Shown here: piece after piece, positions 28,511-37,714 of the stretch
Layout of the letters: each line of letters begins with the position of its first letter
How positions within the stretch are numbered: the first letter of the stretch is position 1
Assembly: GCA_035471625.1 (NCBI GenBank)
Contig: DATIPT010000167.1
Span: forward strand, 2,708 to 66,707
Direction of reading: 5' to 3'
DNA length: 64,000 bases
Source of the DNA: Anaerolineales bacterium
Lineage (GTDB): Bacteria; Chloroflexota; Anaerolineae; Anaerolineales; E44-bin32
Translations under genes and position numbers: made by a program
The notes under the pieces: generated by a model
Seen by the model: only the letters and a program-made list of their open reading frames with translations
Told to the model about the DNA's origin: nothing
Database searches by the model: none

Positions 28511-31500
28511 CTACCCGAGGGTGCTCATCCGCTCCGCCATGCTCCCGAGCATCGCCAGTCCGACCTCCGGGCGATCCTCTAGGATCGAGCGCAGGGCTTC
28601 CCCGCGAAGCACAAGGACGCGAACCTCGCCCTGACCGATCACGCTCGCCGAGCGTGGTTGCTCACGCAAGATCGCGAGCTCCCCTACATACTCGCCCGCC
28701 TGCAAGGTCCGCAACAGGCGATCCTCTCCGTCGACCCGCTTCCGCACTTCAACCATGCCTTCGATGAGGACGAACAGCTCGTCGCCGACTTCGCCCTCGC
28801 GGCAGAGCGCTTCGCCGGCCGCATACAGGCGTTCCGTGGCCGCGCCGGCGACTTGCTCCAGGTCCTCGGGCTCCAAGAGGCGGAATATCGGAACGTCCTT
28901 CAAGAAGAGAACGCGTTCCACAGTGCCGAGTGTGGCTGAGGTCTCGATCATGGGACCTTCCTCGATGGGGCGAGGGATGGCGCGACGGACGTTGGGATCG
29001 GGATCGGCGGACGTTTCCCGAAGGATATCATCCCACTCCTGCAAGACGGATTCGGCGCGGCTGCGGAGCGCCAGGGCACGGTACCATGCCCGTGGATGAC
29101 GGGCCAGGGCCTCGAGGGCTTCCTGGGGTTCCGCCTTGATGTCCTTCTCCCTCGGCTCAATGAGTTGAAGCAGGCCTTGCGCCACGCGCCGATTGCCGAT
29201 GGATTCGAGAGCCTCCATGGCCTGGGAACGGATGTCGGCGTCGCGCGCCTGGAGGGCTCGACCGACGACCCGCATCGCCTCCGGAGACTCGGCTGAGCCG
29301 AGGGCGAGGAGGACGCGCCGTTGCGTCAAACCTTCCTCTCGACCCAGGAGTACGCGAAGGTACGCCGCCGCGCTGGCCGTGGGTTCCGCCCCGAGCGCCA
29401 GGCGCCATCGGCGTTGATCGTGTGCCTCTTGGAGACCACGGTCTGCCCACTCCAGGAGGGCATCTTTCGAACGTCCGCCGCGACCTGCAAGGGCGCGGAC
29501 GGCTTCCAGTTGGGCCGGCGGCGAGCCTCGCTCAAGGACCTCGATGAGCGCGGCTTCGGATTCTTCCCACGCCGAGAGTGCTCCACCGGCCGCCCGACGG
29601 ACTCTGGCATCAGGATCCTCCAGCGCGACCGCCAGCGTCTTCATCCCGGCCGGGGTTCTGTTCTTCTCGAGGGCGCCAATGGCCGCAAGCCGCATAGCCC
29701 GATCCCCGTCCTCGAGGACCCGGATCAGCTGTTCCGTTGCCGCGAGCCCCTCAACCTCGGAACATGCCTTCAACCCGGCAAGGCGGGCCCGCGCCGAGTC
29801 GTCCGCCAGCAGGGCCGAAATCGCATGCCCGCTGGCCTCCCGGTCTCCGACGGCATCCGCCGCGATCGCCGCCTGCGCCCGGAGCTCGGGATCAGGGTCG
29901 GTGAGATACATCGAGAGCCTGTCGGATGGCACTTTGCCGAGGGTGGCCAGCGAACGCAACGCTGCGGCGCGGACGGCGGGATCGCTGTCCTCCAGGAACG
30001 AAACCGCGAGTTCGGCGGACCGCTGCGAGGGGAGAGATCCCAGCGCGCCGGCGGCCGCAGCGCGAACGTCCGGGTCTGGATCCGAGCGCAAGGCGCCGAT
30101 GGCCTCCGCGTACTCGCTGGCTTCGAGGCGGACGAGGATCTGCACCGCCATTCGGCGGATGGAACCGCGCCGGTCCTTGAGGCCTTCGGCGGCTACCGAC
30201 TTCGCCTGCGAGTCCTTGCGCATTGTCTTGCCTTGCAGCTCGATCGGTGCGAACACGTCGGAGATGCCTTCCCGCAGGGCGGAAAGCAGGGAGTCTCCGT
30301 AGGTCTTCCGCATTCGCCAGACGACGGCGGTGCACACCACCGCCACGAGGATTCCCATCGCCAGTGCCTGGGCCTGGGTGAGGCCGCGCTGACCCAGGAG
30401 GAGCAGGACGCCGGAAAGCATGACGCCGGTCTGCGCCGGTGGTCCGGATAGATACGCGCGCACGCGGGCCCGCGTGTCCTCCGGGACGACATTGAAGATG
30501 GCGGCGTACGCGGTGCTGGCCAGCCCACCGATGAGAACGAGCTGGGCGAAACGCAGGAGCACGGCGGTCTCCAGGCGAAGGTCGATGGACCACATCAGGA
30601 AGCCGCCGAGGTAGACCAGGGGCAGGATCAGGATCGTGTTGATGATCCCGATGCGGGCATACACTCGGCTGGCAAGGAGCAGCGAGACGGCGAAGGTTGT
30701 GGCCGTCGCGATGCCTCCGAACGCACCCAGGAACCCGGCCAGATCGGCTTCGCTTGGGAAGGCGGCTGCGACCTGGACGTTGAAAGGGAAGGTGACCGAG
30801 AAGAAGAGAACGGAGAAGAGCAAGCCGGCGATGGCGGTCAGCCGCATCGTGGCGTTCCGCCACACCAGGTGATGAGCCTGCTGCAGATCCTGGAGGGGGG
30901 ATCGGTGGGCGGCGAGGCGCGGACGGAGGCGGCCGAAGCGACGAATCCATACGTGCGCGACGAAGCTCCCCAGGAGGAGCAAGGCAGCGAAGCCGACGAG
31001 CAGGGTGGGGGTCCCAAAGGCCTGGGCCGCGGGGCCGGTCAGGAATCCGGCGAGGACGCTTCCGAGGATCCCGGCACTGGCGAAGAACGCGAACAGCCGC
31101 TTGCCCTGCCGCGGATCGCAAACCTCCCCGGCCAGGATCCAGACCATGGTCCCGAGGATCGCGTTCACCAACGCAACCGCAAGCCACAGGAACGGGTAGA
31201 TCTGGGGTGGGGCGAAAAGCGTCGCGGACCACGAGACGAGCCCCATTCCCCCGGCCGCCACCAGCATGAGGATGGATATCCGGCTTCGATCCGGTCGGCC
31301 AAGGACGGCGGAGTAGGCCGTCGTGGTCAACAAGGTTGCGGCCCCCAAAGCGATGAACAGGATCGGCAAGACCTCGACGCCGAACCGCTGAAACAACAGG
31401 GCGTCGGCGGCGTTCGCGGAGAACACCTGGGCGGCTTGCAGGGAAGCGAAGAAAGCAGCGCCGAGGAGTGCGAGTCCGCCTTCGCCCGGGCGGATCTGGA

Positions 31501-31522
31501 ACCATCCGGCAATGCGCGACAT
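28511..31522 (-). CDS. Fusion protein. N-terminal ~12-TM permease (MFS / ADP-ATP-translocase-like TLC type), central HEAT repeats, C-terminal cyclic-nucleotide-binding domain.
   Basis: About 430 aa of hydrophobic helices. Repeated D(P/S)DP.VRAAA..ALG HEAT units. CNB domain FLKDVPIFRLL...GELAILREQPRSASV. ATG 31522 preferred; TTG 31549 is the alternative start. Confidence 0.8.
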   Translation of the reverse strand: MSRIAGWFQIRPGEGGLALLGAAFFASLQAAQVFSANAADALLFQRFGVEVLPILFIALGAATLLTTTAYSAVLGRPDRSRISILMLVAAGGMGLVSWSATLFAPPQIYPFLWLAVALVNAILGTMVWILAGEVCDPRQGKRLFAFFASAGILGSVLAGFLTGPAAQAFGTPTLLVGFAALLLLGSFVAHVWIRRFGRLRPRLAAHRSPLQDLQQAHHLVWRNATMRLTAIAGLLFSVLFFSVTFPFNVQVAAAFPSEADLAGFLGAFGGIATATTFAVSLLLASRVYARIGIINTILILPLVYLGGFLMWSIDLRLETAVLLRFAQLVLIGGLASTAYAAIFNVVPEDTRARVRAYLSGPPAQTGVMLSGVLLLLGQRGLTQAQALAMGILVAVVCTAVVWRMRKTYGDSLLSALREGISDVFAPIELQGKTMRKDSQAKSVAAEGLKDRRGSIRRMAVQILVRLEASEYAEAIGALRSDPDPDVRAAAAGALGSLPSQRSAELAVSFLEDSDPAVRAAALRSLATLGKVPSDRLSMYLTDPDPELRAQAAIAADAVGDREASGHAISALLADDSARARLAGLKACSEVEGLAATEQLIRVLEDGDRAMRLAAIGALEKNRTPAGMKTLAVALEDPDARVRRAAGGALSAWEESEAALIEVLERGSPPAQLEAVRALAGRGGRSKDALLEWADRGLQEAHDQRRWRLALGAEPTASAAAYLRVLLGREEGLTQRRVLLALGSAESPEAMRVVGRALQARDADIRSQAMEALESIGNRRVAQGLLQLIEPREKDIKAEPQEALEALARHPRAWYRALALRSRAESVLQEWDDILRETSADPDPNVRRAIPRPIEEGPMIETSATLGTVERVLFLKDVPIFRLLEPEDLEQVAGAATERLYAAGEALCREGEVGDELFVLIEGMVEVRKRVDGEDRLLRTLQAGEYVGELAILREQPRSASVIGQGEVRVLVLRGEALRSILEDRPEVGLAMLGSMAERMSTLG

Positions 31523-31735
31523 GTCAGGCTTTGGCTTGTTCGACCTCAATCGCCAAGCGCACAGGCCTCGCAGGCCGGCGCCGAGGCTTGGGTAGGGAGC
31601 ATCCCATTGCAGGGCAGGTTCCGCTCACCGCGTCGGGCCGAACGCAAAGGCCCTCGACGGAACCCTGGCCATTATACGTCCACCGGGCCAGGTCCCGGCT
31701 GCGGCGGGTTGTTGCGCCGGTCCAGGAACGAGGGC

Positions 31736-32854
31736 CTACGGACAAGCGTTGCCGACGTGCTCCTCGAAAGTCACTGCGAATTGGTGGGCGCCGCTTCCGT
31801 CGCACGCCGCGCGGAAGAACAGGAATGGGGTGTCGGGTGCGTCGGCGATCGCACGCAACGAAGCCAGCCCCGGGCTGGCGATCGGGCCGGGAGGAAGCCC
31901 GGTGTGGAGGTAGGTGTTGTAGGGCGAGACGGTCTGCAAGTCCGAGGCGCTCAGGGCCGGCTTCCACCACTCGTCGCCATCCTGCCAACCCAGAGCGTAT
32001 TGCACGGTCGGATCGGCTTGCAAGGGGATCCCGAGTCGCAGGCGATTGAGAAACACGGCCGCGATCAGCGGTCGTTCCGATGCGATGATGGCCTCGCGCT
32101 CGACGATCGAAGCCAGCGTAACCGCTTCAAAGACGGTCAGGCCTCGATCGCGCAAGGCGGTGCGCAATTCCTGGTCGACGCGCCGGTTGAAGTTGCCGGT
32201 GAGCAAGACGAGGGCTTCTTCGGCGGTCATACGAGGATCGAATACATACGTATCCGGGAATAGGAAGCCTTCGGCGGACGCCGTCGTGGGTGGGGCCTCG
32301 GCGTCGACCGGCGGTGCGCTGCGGGTCGCCGCCAGGAAGTCGCCTGCCGAGAAACCCAGGCCGAGGTCGCCCAATGCCTGGGCGACCTGTTCGCGGCGCC
32401 AGCCCTCGGGAATCGTGATCGCATACCGGCTCGCCGTTGCCTCTTGCAGCAAGTCGGCGAGTGCGCGAATACTCATCGTTCCGGCGACCTGATACCGCCC
32501 GGCTTCAATCTGGGTATCCAGCCCCCGGTATCGCAGGTAGCGCAGGAACAGGCCGGGCTCACCCAGAACCTCGAGAGTCGCCAGCTTCCGGGCGACCGTC
32601 CCGGCATCATCCCCGGGTTCAATGTCGAGGAAGGCGACGGCCCCCGGGTCGCCGGCCGGCGCATCCAGGGAGTCCTGCCGCGCTGCGAGATAGACGCCCA
32701 GGAGAGCCCGATCCAAGAAAGGCAGATTGGGATCGGGATCGCCGGCCGCAGCGAGGGCCTGCCCGGAAGCAACAAGCATCGCGCATGTGATCGCCGCGCA
32801 TGCAAGCACAACTCCAACGACGAGACAACCGCGACTACGCCGGCCGGTGCGCAT
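31736..32854 (-). CDS. mltG: Endolytic murein transglycosylase MltG (YceG-like).
   Basis: N-terminal TM, ITIPEGWRREQVA and LASIVEREA (catalytic Glu context). Start at the MRTGRRSRG ATG 32854, chosen to retain the TM helix. Confidence 0.85.
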   Translation of the reverse strand: MRTGRRSRGCLVVGVVLACAAITCAMLVASGQALAAAGDPDPNLPFLDRALLGVYLAARQDSLDAPAGDPGAVAFLDIEPGDDAGTVARKLATLEVLGEPGLFLRYLRYRGLDTQIEAGRYQVAGTMSIRALADLLQEATASRYAITIPEGWRREQVAQALGDLGLGFSAGDFLAATRSAPPVDAEAPPTTASAEGFLFPDTYVFDPRMTAEEALVLLTGNFNRRVDQELRTALRDRGLTVFEAVTLASIVEREAIIASERPLIAAVFLNRLRLGIPLQADPTVQYALGWQDGDEWWKPALSASDLQTVSPYNTYLHTGLPPGPIASPGLASLRAIADAPDTPFLFFRAACDGSGAHQFAVTFEEHVGNACP

Positions 32855-33230
32855 CAAGGTACTCCTGGAGCAGGATCGCTGCCGCCCGGGCATCGACAAG
32901 CGAATCCTCCGGGCCGAGAGCAAGCGCCGCCTGAGTCGACCCGCTCTCGTCCCAGGTCTCGATGGTCGGCGCGCCGGCCAAGGCCAACGCCTCCTTCAGG
33001 CGCATCGCCCGCCGGGCCTGGTGCCCGATCTCGCCATCCTCGGCGTAGGCGATCCCGATGACGATGAGGTCGGCATCTTCCTGGGTTGCGATGGCGACGA
33101 TCCGCGCCGCGTCGCGGTTTCGGGTCTCATGTTGGAGAACGCGAAGCGGTCGCGCGATCGTCCGAGTGGGATCGGAGATCGCCAGGCCCAGCCGGGCTTC
33201 ACCGGGATCGATCGCCAGAACGCGGCTCAT
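32835..33230 (-). CDS. ruvX: Putative Holliday junction resolvase / pre-16S rRNA nuclease RuvX (YqgF).
   Basis: MSRVLAIDPGEARLGLAISD N-terminus. Start at ATG 33230 in an ATGA overlap with the upstream gene. Confidence 0.88.
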   Translation of the reverse strand: MSRVLAIDPGEARLGLAISDPTRTIARPLRVLQHETRNRDAARIVAIATQEDADLIVIGIAYAEDGEIGHQARRAMRLKEALALAGAPTIETWDESGSTQAALALGPEDSLVDARAAAILLQEYLDAHRPA

Positions 33231-34717
33231 GGAATATCGCTGATCCAGACCGGACGGATCCGCCAGGGTAGCAACGGGAGGCGCGGCCACCATTCGGGCC
33301 AGATTCGGATGCGCGGCGAGACCTGCAGATCGAGTTCACGGAGCAGCATCGACTCGGCCTCGTGCGGCGCCTTCGCCGCCAGTCGGGTGGCGACGTCAGA
33401 AAAGTCCACGCGTCGCAGCGCATCGGCCCGGACGACGGCTTGATACTGATCGGGCCGGGAGGTTGGTTGGAGTTCGATACGAACGCTCTCTGGAAGCACC
33501 AAGAGGTCCTCGCCCGCCGATTCCGTGATCGCGTCGGCCGACCAGCTTGCCAGCCGAACGGCATCGTAGGCAAGGGCGCTGGCGAGAAGGCGGAGACGCA
33601 CGGCGACGCTTTCGGATGGCTGGCCGACCGCCGGACGGCTCTCGAAGGTGAGCCGGTCTTCAATCTGGATCGATTGAGGCGCGATGGCCTCGCCGTCCGC
33701 CAGCGAATCGGAGATCTCGGTCGTGGCCTCCTGGAGCAGGCGGGTCTCCAGGGCGTCAAGGGCCCGATCGACATCGGCCTGGCTCACGCCGGAGGTCTCG
33801 GAGGTGGCGCCCCCGTCGGTGGGTTCGGGATTCTCGACCGAGACCTGGAGCCCCAGCAACCCTTCGACGGCGACGATCGCACCGGCGGCGACATTCCCTT
33901 GCGGGCCCGGCGCACTCGCCCGAATCGCCACCTCGACCTGCGAGCCGATCCCGGCAGGAAGAAGCGTCCGCTCGATCGTTTCAAAGCGGATCGAGGGTTC
34001 ACTGGCCGTGCGCAATCCGGTGGCCTCCGGGATCACGACCTCGACTTGGTCTCGATTCGTGAAGAGCGCGGTCCCTTCGGCCGATGTGGCGGGCGCTTGG
34101 ATTCTCCCTTCGGTCGGAAGCCGGAGTTCGCCCTCGACAGATGTCCGGACGCGCCGGGCTGGGATCGTCACCAGCCCGTCCTCCGACAGGTCTTCGGAGG
34201 TCAACGCGAGAGCCAGGCTTTCCGTCTGCGGATGGATCGACGGGGTGAGTTCGACGACCGCCACCGGACCGACGGCGACCGACAGGGCAAGCAGCGCTGC
34301 GATGACAAATAGAACCCAGCCGGCGCGCCAGGGGTCTTGAGCTTGTCGCGGGCCGCCAGGCCAGCTTCTATCCGATCGAACCGGCCTGGCTCGCTTCTCG
34401 TGCGGCGGAGAGACGGAAGGAGGATCGGCCTCCGCGTCTGGCCACGCGTCGGCCGTCACCGAGTCGAGGTCATCGAAGACTGGAACGTTCAGGTCCCGTG
34501 CGTGCTGGCGCACGTCGGGGTCATGGACGACGACGCCAAGGCGGGCGCCCTGCCGCCTTGCTTCCCTCCGGAGCAAGACGAGGTCAAGGCGGCGGGGAAG
34601 GACCCGGCCGTGGCCCGGCCAAACCAGGACGATGCGCTCAGCCTTCGCCCAGCGCAGGCGGTCGCGGGCCGACGACGTGTCGTCATAGGGATCGAGGTGG
34701 ACGATCTGGATTCTCAT
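33227..34717 (-). CDS. Uncharacterised single-pass membrane protein. It has a ~95-aa cytoplasmic N-domain, a TM helix (WVLFVIAALLALSVAV) and a large exported domain with a baseplate-J/gp47-like segment.
   Basis: Coherent 496-aa ORF translationally coupled to ruvX. The segment APGPQGNVAAGAIVAVEG resembles the baseplate-J family core from memory. No function assignable. Confidence 0.6.
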   Translation of the reverse strand: MRIQIVHLDPYDDTSSARDRLRWAKAERIVLVWPGHGRVLPRRLDLVLLRREARRQGARLGVVVHDPDVRQHARDLNVPVFDDLDSVTADAWPDAEADPPSVSPPHEKRARPVRSDRSWPGGPRQAQDPWRAGWVLFVIAALLALSVAVGPVAVVELTPSIHPQTESLALALTSEDLSEDGLVTIPARRVRTSVEGELRLPTEGRIQAPATSAEGTALFTNRDQVEVVIPEATGLRTASEPSIRFETIERTLLPAGIGSQVEVAIRASAPGPQGNVAAGAIVAVEGLLGLQVSVENPEPTDGGATSETSGVSQADVDRALDALETRLLQEATTEISDSLADGEAIAPQSIQIEDRLTFESRPAVGQPSESVAVRLRLLASALAYDAVRLASWSADAITESAGEDLLVLPESVRIELQPTSRPDQYQAVVRADALRRVDFSDVATRLAAKAPHEAESMLLRELDLQVSPRIRIWPEWWPRLPLLPWRIRPVWISDIP

Positions 34718-34762
34718 GGATGCGCGGGGCTCACACCCGAAGGCGCCGAGGCCGATCGACGG

Positions 34763-37510
34763 CTAGGCTGCGATCTGGGCCCGATGTTCTTGAATCCACA
34801 CGCGGGCCCGGTCGATGGCTTCGGGCAAGTCTGCGGGGTTCTTTCCACCGGCTTGAGCCATCGTTGGCTTGCCGCCCCCGCCGCCGCCCACGGCGGCCGC
34901 TGCCGCGCGCACCAATTCGACCGCGCTGATCCCGCGTCCGGCGAGGTCCTGGCTGACGGACGCGATCAGCACCGGCTTCCCGTCGGGTGCCGAGCCCAGA
35001 AGCACGATATGGGAAGTGTGTTCACGACGAAACGGATCGGAGAGGGCTCGCAGGGTATCGGCGTCACAGCCTGCGACCGTTCCCAGCAGCACCGCCACCG
35101 ATCCGATCTCCTCGATCGGGAGGGTCGCCAGCTGGGTGCCGGCCGCCTGCCGTTCGAGCGCGGCCACACGGGCCGTCAGGTCGCGGTGCTCCCGCATCAG
35201 AGCATCCAGCTGAGCTTCGACGCGATCGGAGGAGGTCCCCAAGCCTGCGGCGACGCGCTCGAGGGAAGCCGTCGCTCTCTCGAAGTGCGCCTGCGCTTCG
35301 CGGCCCGTCAAGGCCTCGATCCTTCGTATCCCGGCGGCGACGCTCTCCTCGCGTACGATCATGAAGGGGCCGATGTCCCCGGTGGTGCGGACATGGGTCC
35401 CGCCGCACAGTTCGTACGATAGCCGTTCGTCGCGCCCGATCGAGATCGTCCGGACCGATGCGCCGTAGGTCTCCCCGAAGAGCGCCATCGCGCCCTCCGC
35501 CTCGGCGACGGCCCGAGGCTTCTCGCGAATCTCGAGGGCGTAGTCCTCCAGCACGGCCGAAGTGACGAAGCGCTGCACGCGGGCGAGCTCGTCAGGCTGC
35601 ATCGCCCGAGAGTGCGTGAAGTCGAACCGCAGGCGATCGGGAGCCACCAGAGATCCCGCCTGACGTGCGTGCTCTCCCAGGACCGATCGCAGGCCGGCAT
35701 GCAGCAGGTGCGTCGCGGTGTGATTGCGCATGATGTCCCGGCGTCTCGCCTGGTCGACTTGCGCCCGGCATGACTGGCCAACGCGTAGCGTGCCGCCGGT
35801 CACACGCCCGAGGTGCACGATCAGCCCGGCGACCGGTTCGTCTATGTCGCCGACCTCGAAGCGCCAGTTCTCGGCGCCGACGGAGACCAAGGTGCCGGTA
35901 TCGGCGACCTGGCCGCCGGAAGCGACATAGAACGGCGTCCGGTCGAGGACGACGGCACCTTCGGCGCCCGGCTCAAGGGCCTCGACCTGTCGACCGGCGT
36001 GGATCAGCGCGAGGACCTGTGCCGGCAGATCCAGGTCGCCGTAGGGTTCGTAGGCGACTCCGGAGGGCGACAGGCGACCCGACTGTGTCAGGGAATCGAT
36101 CACCCCTCGATAGAACGGGGTTTGGTCCGTCACCGCGGCGCCTGCGGCCGTGCCGGTCGAGGCCTCGCGGTGATGCGCCATCGCTTCGCGGAAGCCGCCT
36201 TCATCGACCGACAGGTCGCGCTCCCTGGCGATGTCCCGGCTGATCTCCAGGGGGAGTCCGTAGGTTGCGTACAGATCAAATGCCTTGGTGCCGTCGAGGA
36301 TGCCACCGGAAGAGGCCGCTTCCGCCAGGAGGAGATCCAGGCGATTCAACCCGGTGTCGACGGTTCGCTGGAACCGCTCTTCCTCGTCGGTCAGGGTCCG
36401 CTCGATGGCCCGCTGATGGCGGACGAGCTCGGGATAGGCAGACCCGTAGACGTCGACGACGGTACGCGCCACTTCGGCCAAGAAGGGCGCGTGGAATCCG
36501 GCCTCGGCTCCGAATCGCGCCGCCCGGCGAATGACCATGCGACAGACATAGTTGCGTCCTGTGTTTCCAGGAACGACGCCGTCGGCGATCAGGAAGGAGG
36601 CGGCGCGGGCATGGTCGGCGATGACCCGGTAGGCGACCTGATGTTCACGGGCCTGGCGGTCATCGTGCTGCAGGAGGCCCTGGACCGTCCGCAGGAGCGG
36701 AACGAACAAGTCGGTCTCGTAGTTGGAGCGGACTCCCTGCAAGACGGAAACCAGCCGCTCGAAGCCCATCCCGGTGTCGACGTGCTTGTGCGGAAGGGGC
36801 TCCAGCGAAGACGGGCCAGTCCGGTTGTATTGGATGAAGACCAGGTTCCAGAGCTCGAGGAAGCGCTGGCAGTCGCCGTTGACACGGCACGAGTGCCCGG
36901 CGACATCCCGTTTGTCGCAGGCGTCTTCGCCGCGATCCAGATGGATCTCGGTATCCGGGCCGCACGGCCCGACGTCGGCCATCTCCCAGAAGTTCTCCTT
37001 GCGGCCGAAATAGAGCACATGGTCCGGATGGAAACCCGGTTGCTGGCGCCACAACTCCGCGGCTTCTTCGTCGCGGGGGATCTCGTTCTTCTCATCGGCG
37101 AAGCACGTCGCCCAAAGGTGCTGGCGCGGCAGCCCCCAGACTTCGGTGAGGAGTTCCCAGGCCCAGGTGATGGCTTCCGCCTTGTAGTAGTCGCCGAAGG
37201 ACCAGTTGCCGAGCATCTCGAAGAACGTGTGATGCGTGTCGTCCCGGCCGACGTCATCCAAGTCGTTGTGTTTCCCGGCGACCCGCATACATTTCTGAGA
37301 ATCGGCGGCCCGGGTATAGGGCCGAGATCCGGTGCCCAGGAAGACGTCCTTGAACTGCACCATCCCGGCGTTGGTGAATAGGAGAGTCTCGTCCCCGCCC
37401 GGGACGAGCGACGACGACGGGACAATGGTATGACCCCGTTGTGCGAAGAAGTCGAGGAACGACTGCCGGATGGCCTGGCTGGTCGGAGGCGCGAAGGTCT
37501 TGGGTTTCAT
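34763..37510 (-). CDS. alaS: Alanine--tRNA ligase.
   Basis: IRQSFLDFFAQRGHTIVPSSSLVP, FTNAGMVQFK, editing-domain HTATHLLH / CGGTHV motifs, C-terminal DHHA1-like region. Confidence 0.96.
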   Translation of the reverse strand: MKPKTFAPPTSQAIRQSFLDFFAQRGHTIVPSSSLVPGGDETLLFTNAGMVQFKDVFLGTGSRPYTRAADSQKCMRVAGKHNDLDDVGRDDTHHTFFEMLGNWSFGDYYKAEAITWAWELLTEVWGLPRQHLWATCFADEKNEIPRDEEAAELWRQQPGFHPDHVLYFGRKENFWEMADVGPCGPDTEIHLDRGEDACDKRDVAGHSCRVNGDCQRFLELWNLVFIQYNRTGPSSLEPLPHKHVDTGMGFERLVSVLQGVRSNYETDLFVPLLRTVQGLLQHDDRQAREHQVAYRVIADHARAASFLIADGVVPGNTGRNYVCRMVIRRAARFGAEAGFHAPFLAEVARTVVDVYGSAYPELVRHQRAIERTLTDEEERFQRTVDTGLNRLDLLLAEAASSGGILDGTKAFDLYATYGLPLEISRDIARERDLSVDEGGFREAMAHHREASTGTAAGAAVTDQTPFYRGVIDSLTQSGRLSPSGVAYEPYGDLDLPAQVLALIHAGRQVEALEPGAEGAVVLDRTPFYVASGGQVADTGTLVSVGAENWRFEVGDIDEPVAGLIVHLGRVTGGTLRVGQSCRAQVDQARRRDIMRNHTATHLLHAGLRSVLGEHARQAGSLVAPDRLRFDFTHSRAMQPDELARVQRFVTSAVLEDYALEIREKPRAVAEAEGAMALFGETYGASVRTISIGRDERLSYELCGGTHVRTTGDIGPFMIVREESVAAGIRRIEALTGREAQAHFERATASLERVAAGLGTSSDRVEAQLDALMREHRDLTARVAALERQAAGTQLATLPIEEIGSVAVLLGTVAGCDADTLRALSDPFRREHTSHIVLLGSAPDGKPVLIASVSQDLAGRGISAVELVRAAAAAVGGGGGGKPTMAQAGGKNPADLPEAIDRARVWIQEHRAQIAA

Positions 37511-37531
37511 TGGGCTCTGCCGAACACGAGG

Positions 37532-37560
37532 ATTATACGCGATGGGGGAGTCGCCTTCAA
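37532..37560 (-). promoter_or_regulatory. Sigma70-type promoter TTGAAG-N17-TATAAT for alaS.
   Basis: The minus strand reads TTGAAGgcgactcccccatcgcgTATAAT. The -10 ends 21 nt before the alaS ATG (37510). Confidence 0.5.
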
Positions 37561-37714
37561 TACGGACGCCTCCGGTCTCTCCGGCGCCAAGGCGAGAGGC
37601 GGCACGGACGCGATTTCCGATCGACGCGGTGGGGCTCCACGCCCGGAAGGGCCTCGGCGCGCAGGACTTGTGCTATCCTTCGACTCGGCGATTCGAAGGA
37701 GCGCAGCAGCACCG

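Noticed and set aside
19436-31549. Reading the cyclase plus CNB-domain genes as a Pycsar/CBASS-like antiphage system.
   Set aside because: No small stand-alone cyclase is present, and neither is a CNB-TIR or minimal CNB-TM killing effector. The CNB domains are on a histidine kinase and a large permease-HEAT protein. The neighbours are housekeeping genes with no mobile-element or defence-island context. A regulatory circuit is the better fit. The unusual specificity residues are kept as a separate low-weight observation.
31671-31676. A lone consensus TATAAT on the minus strand, about 150 nt upstream of the permease-HEAT-CNB gene.
   Set aside because: No acceptable -35 element or extended -10 TG lies at the right spacing. 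A single hexamer is not enough to call a promoter, so it is only noted as a candidate for the cluster's promoter.
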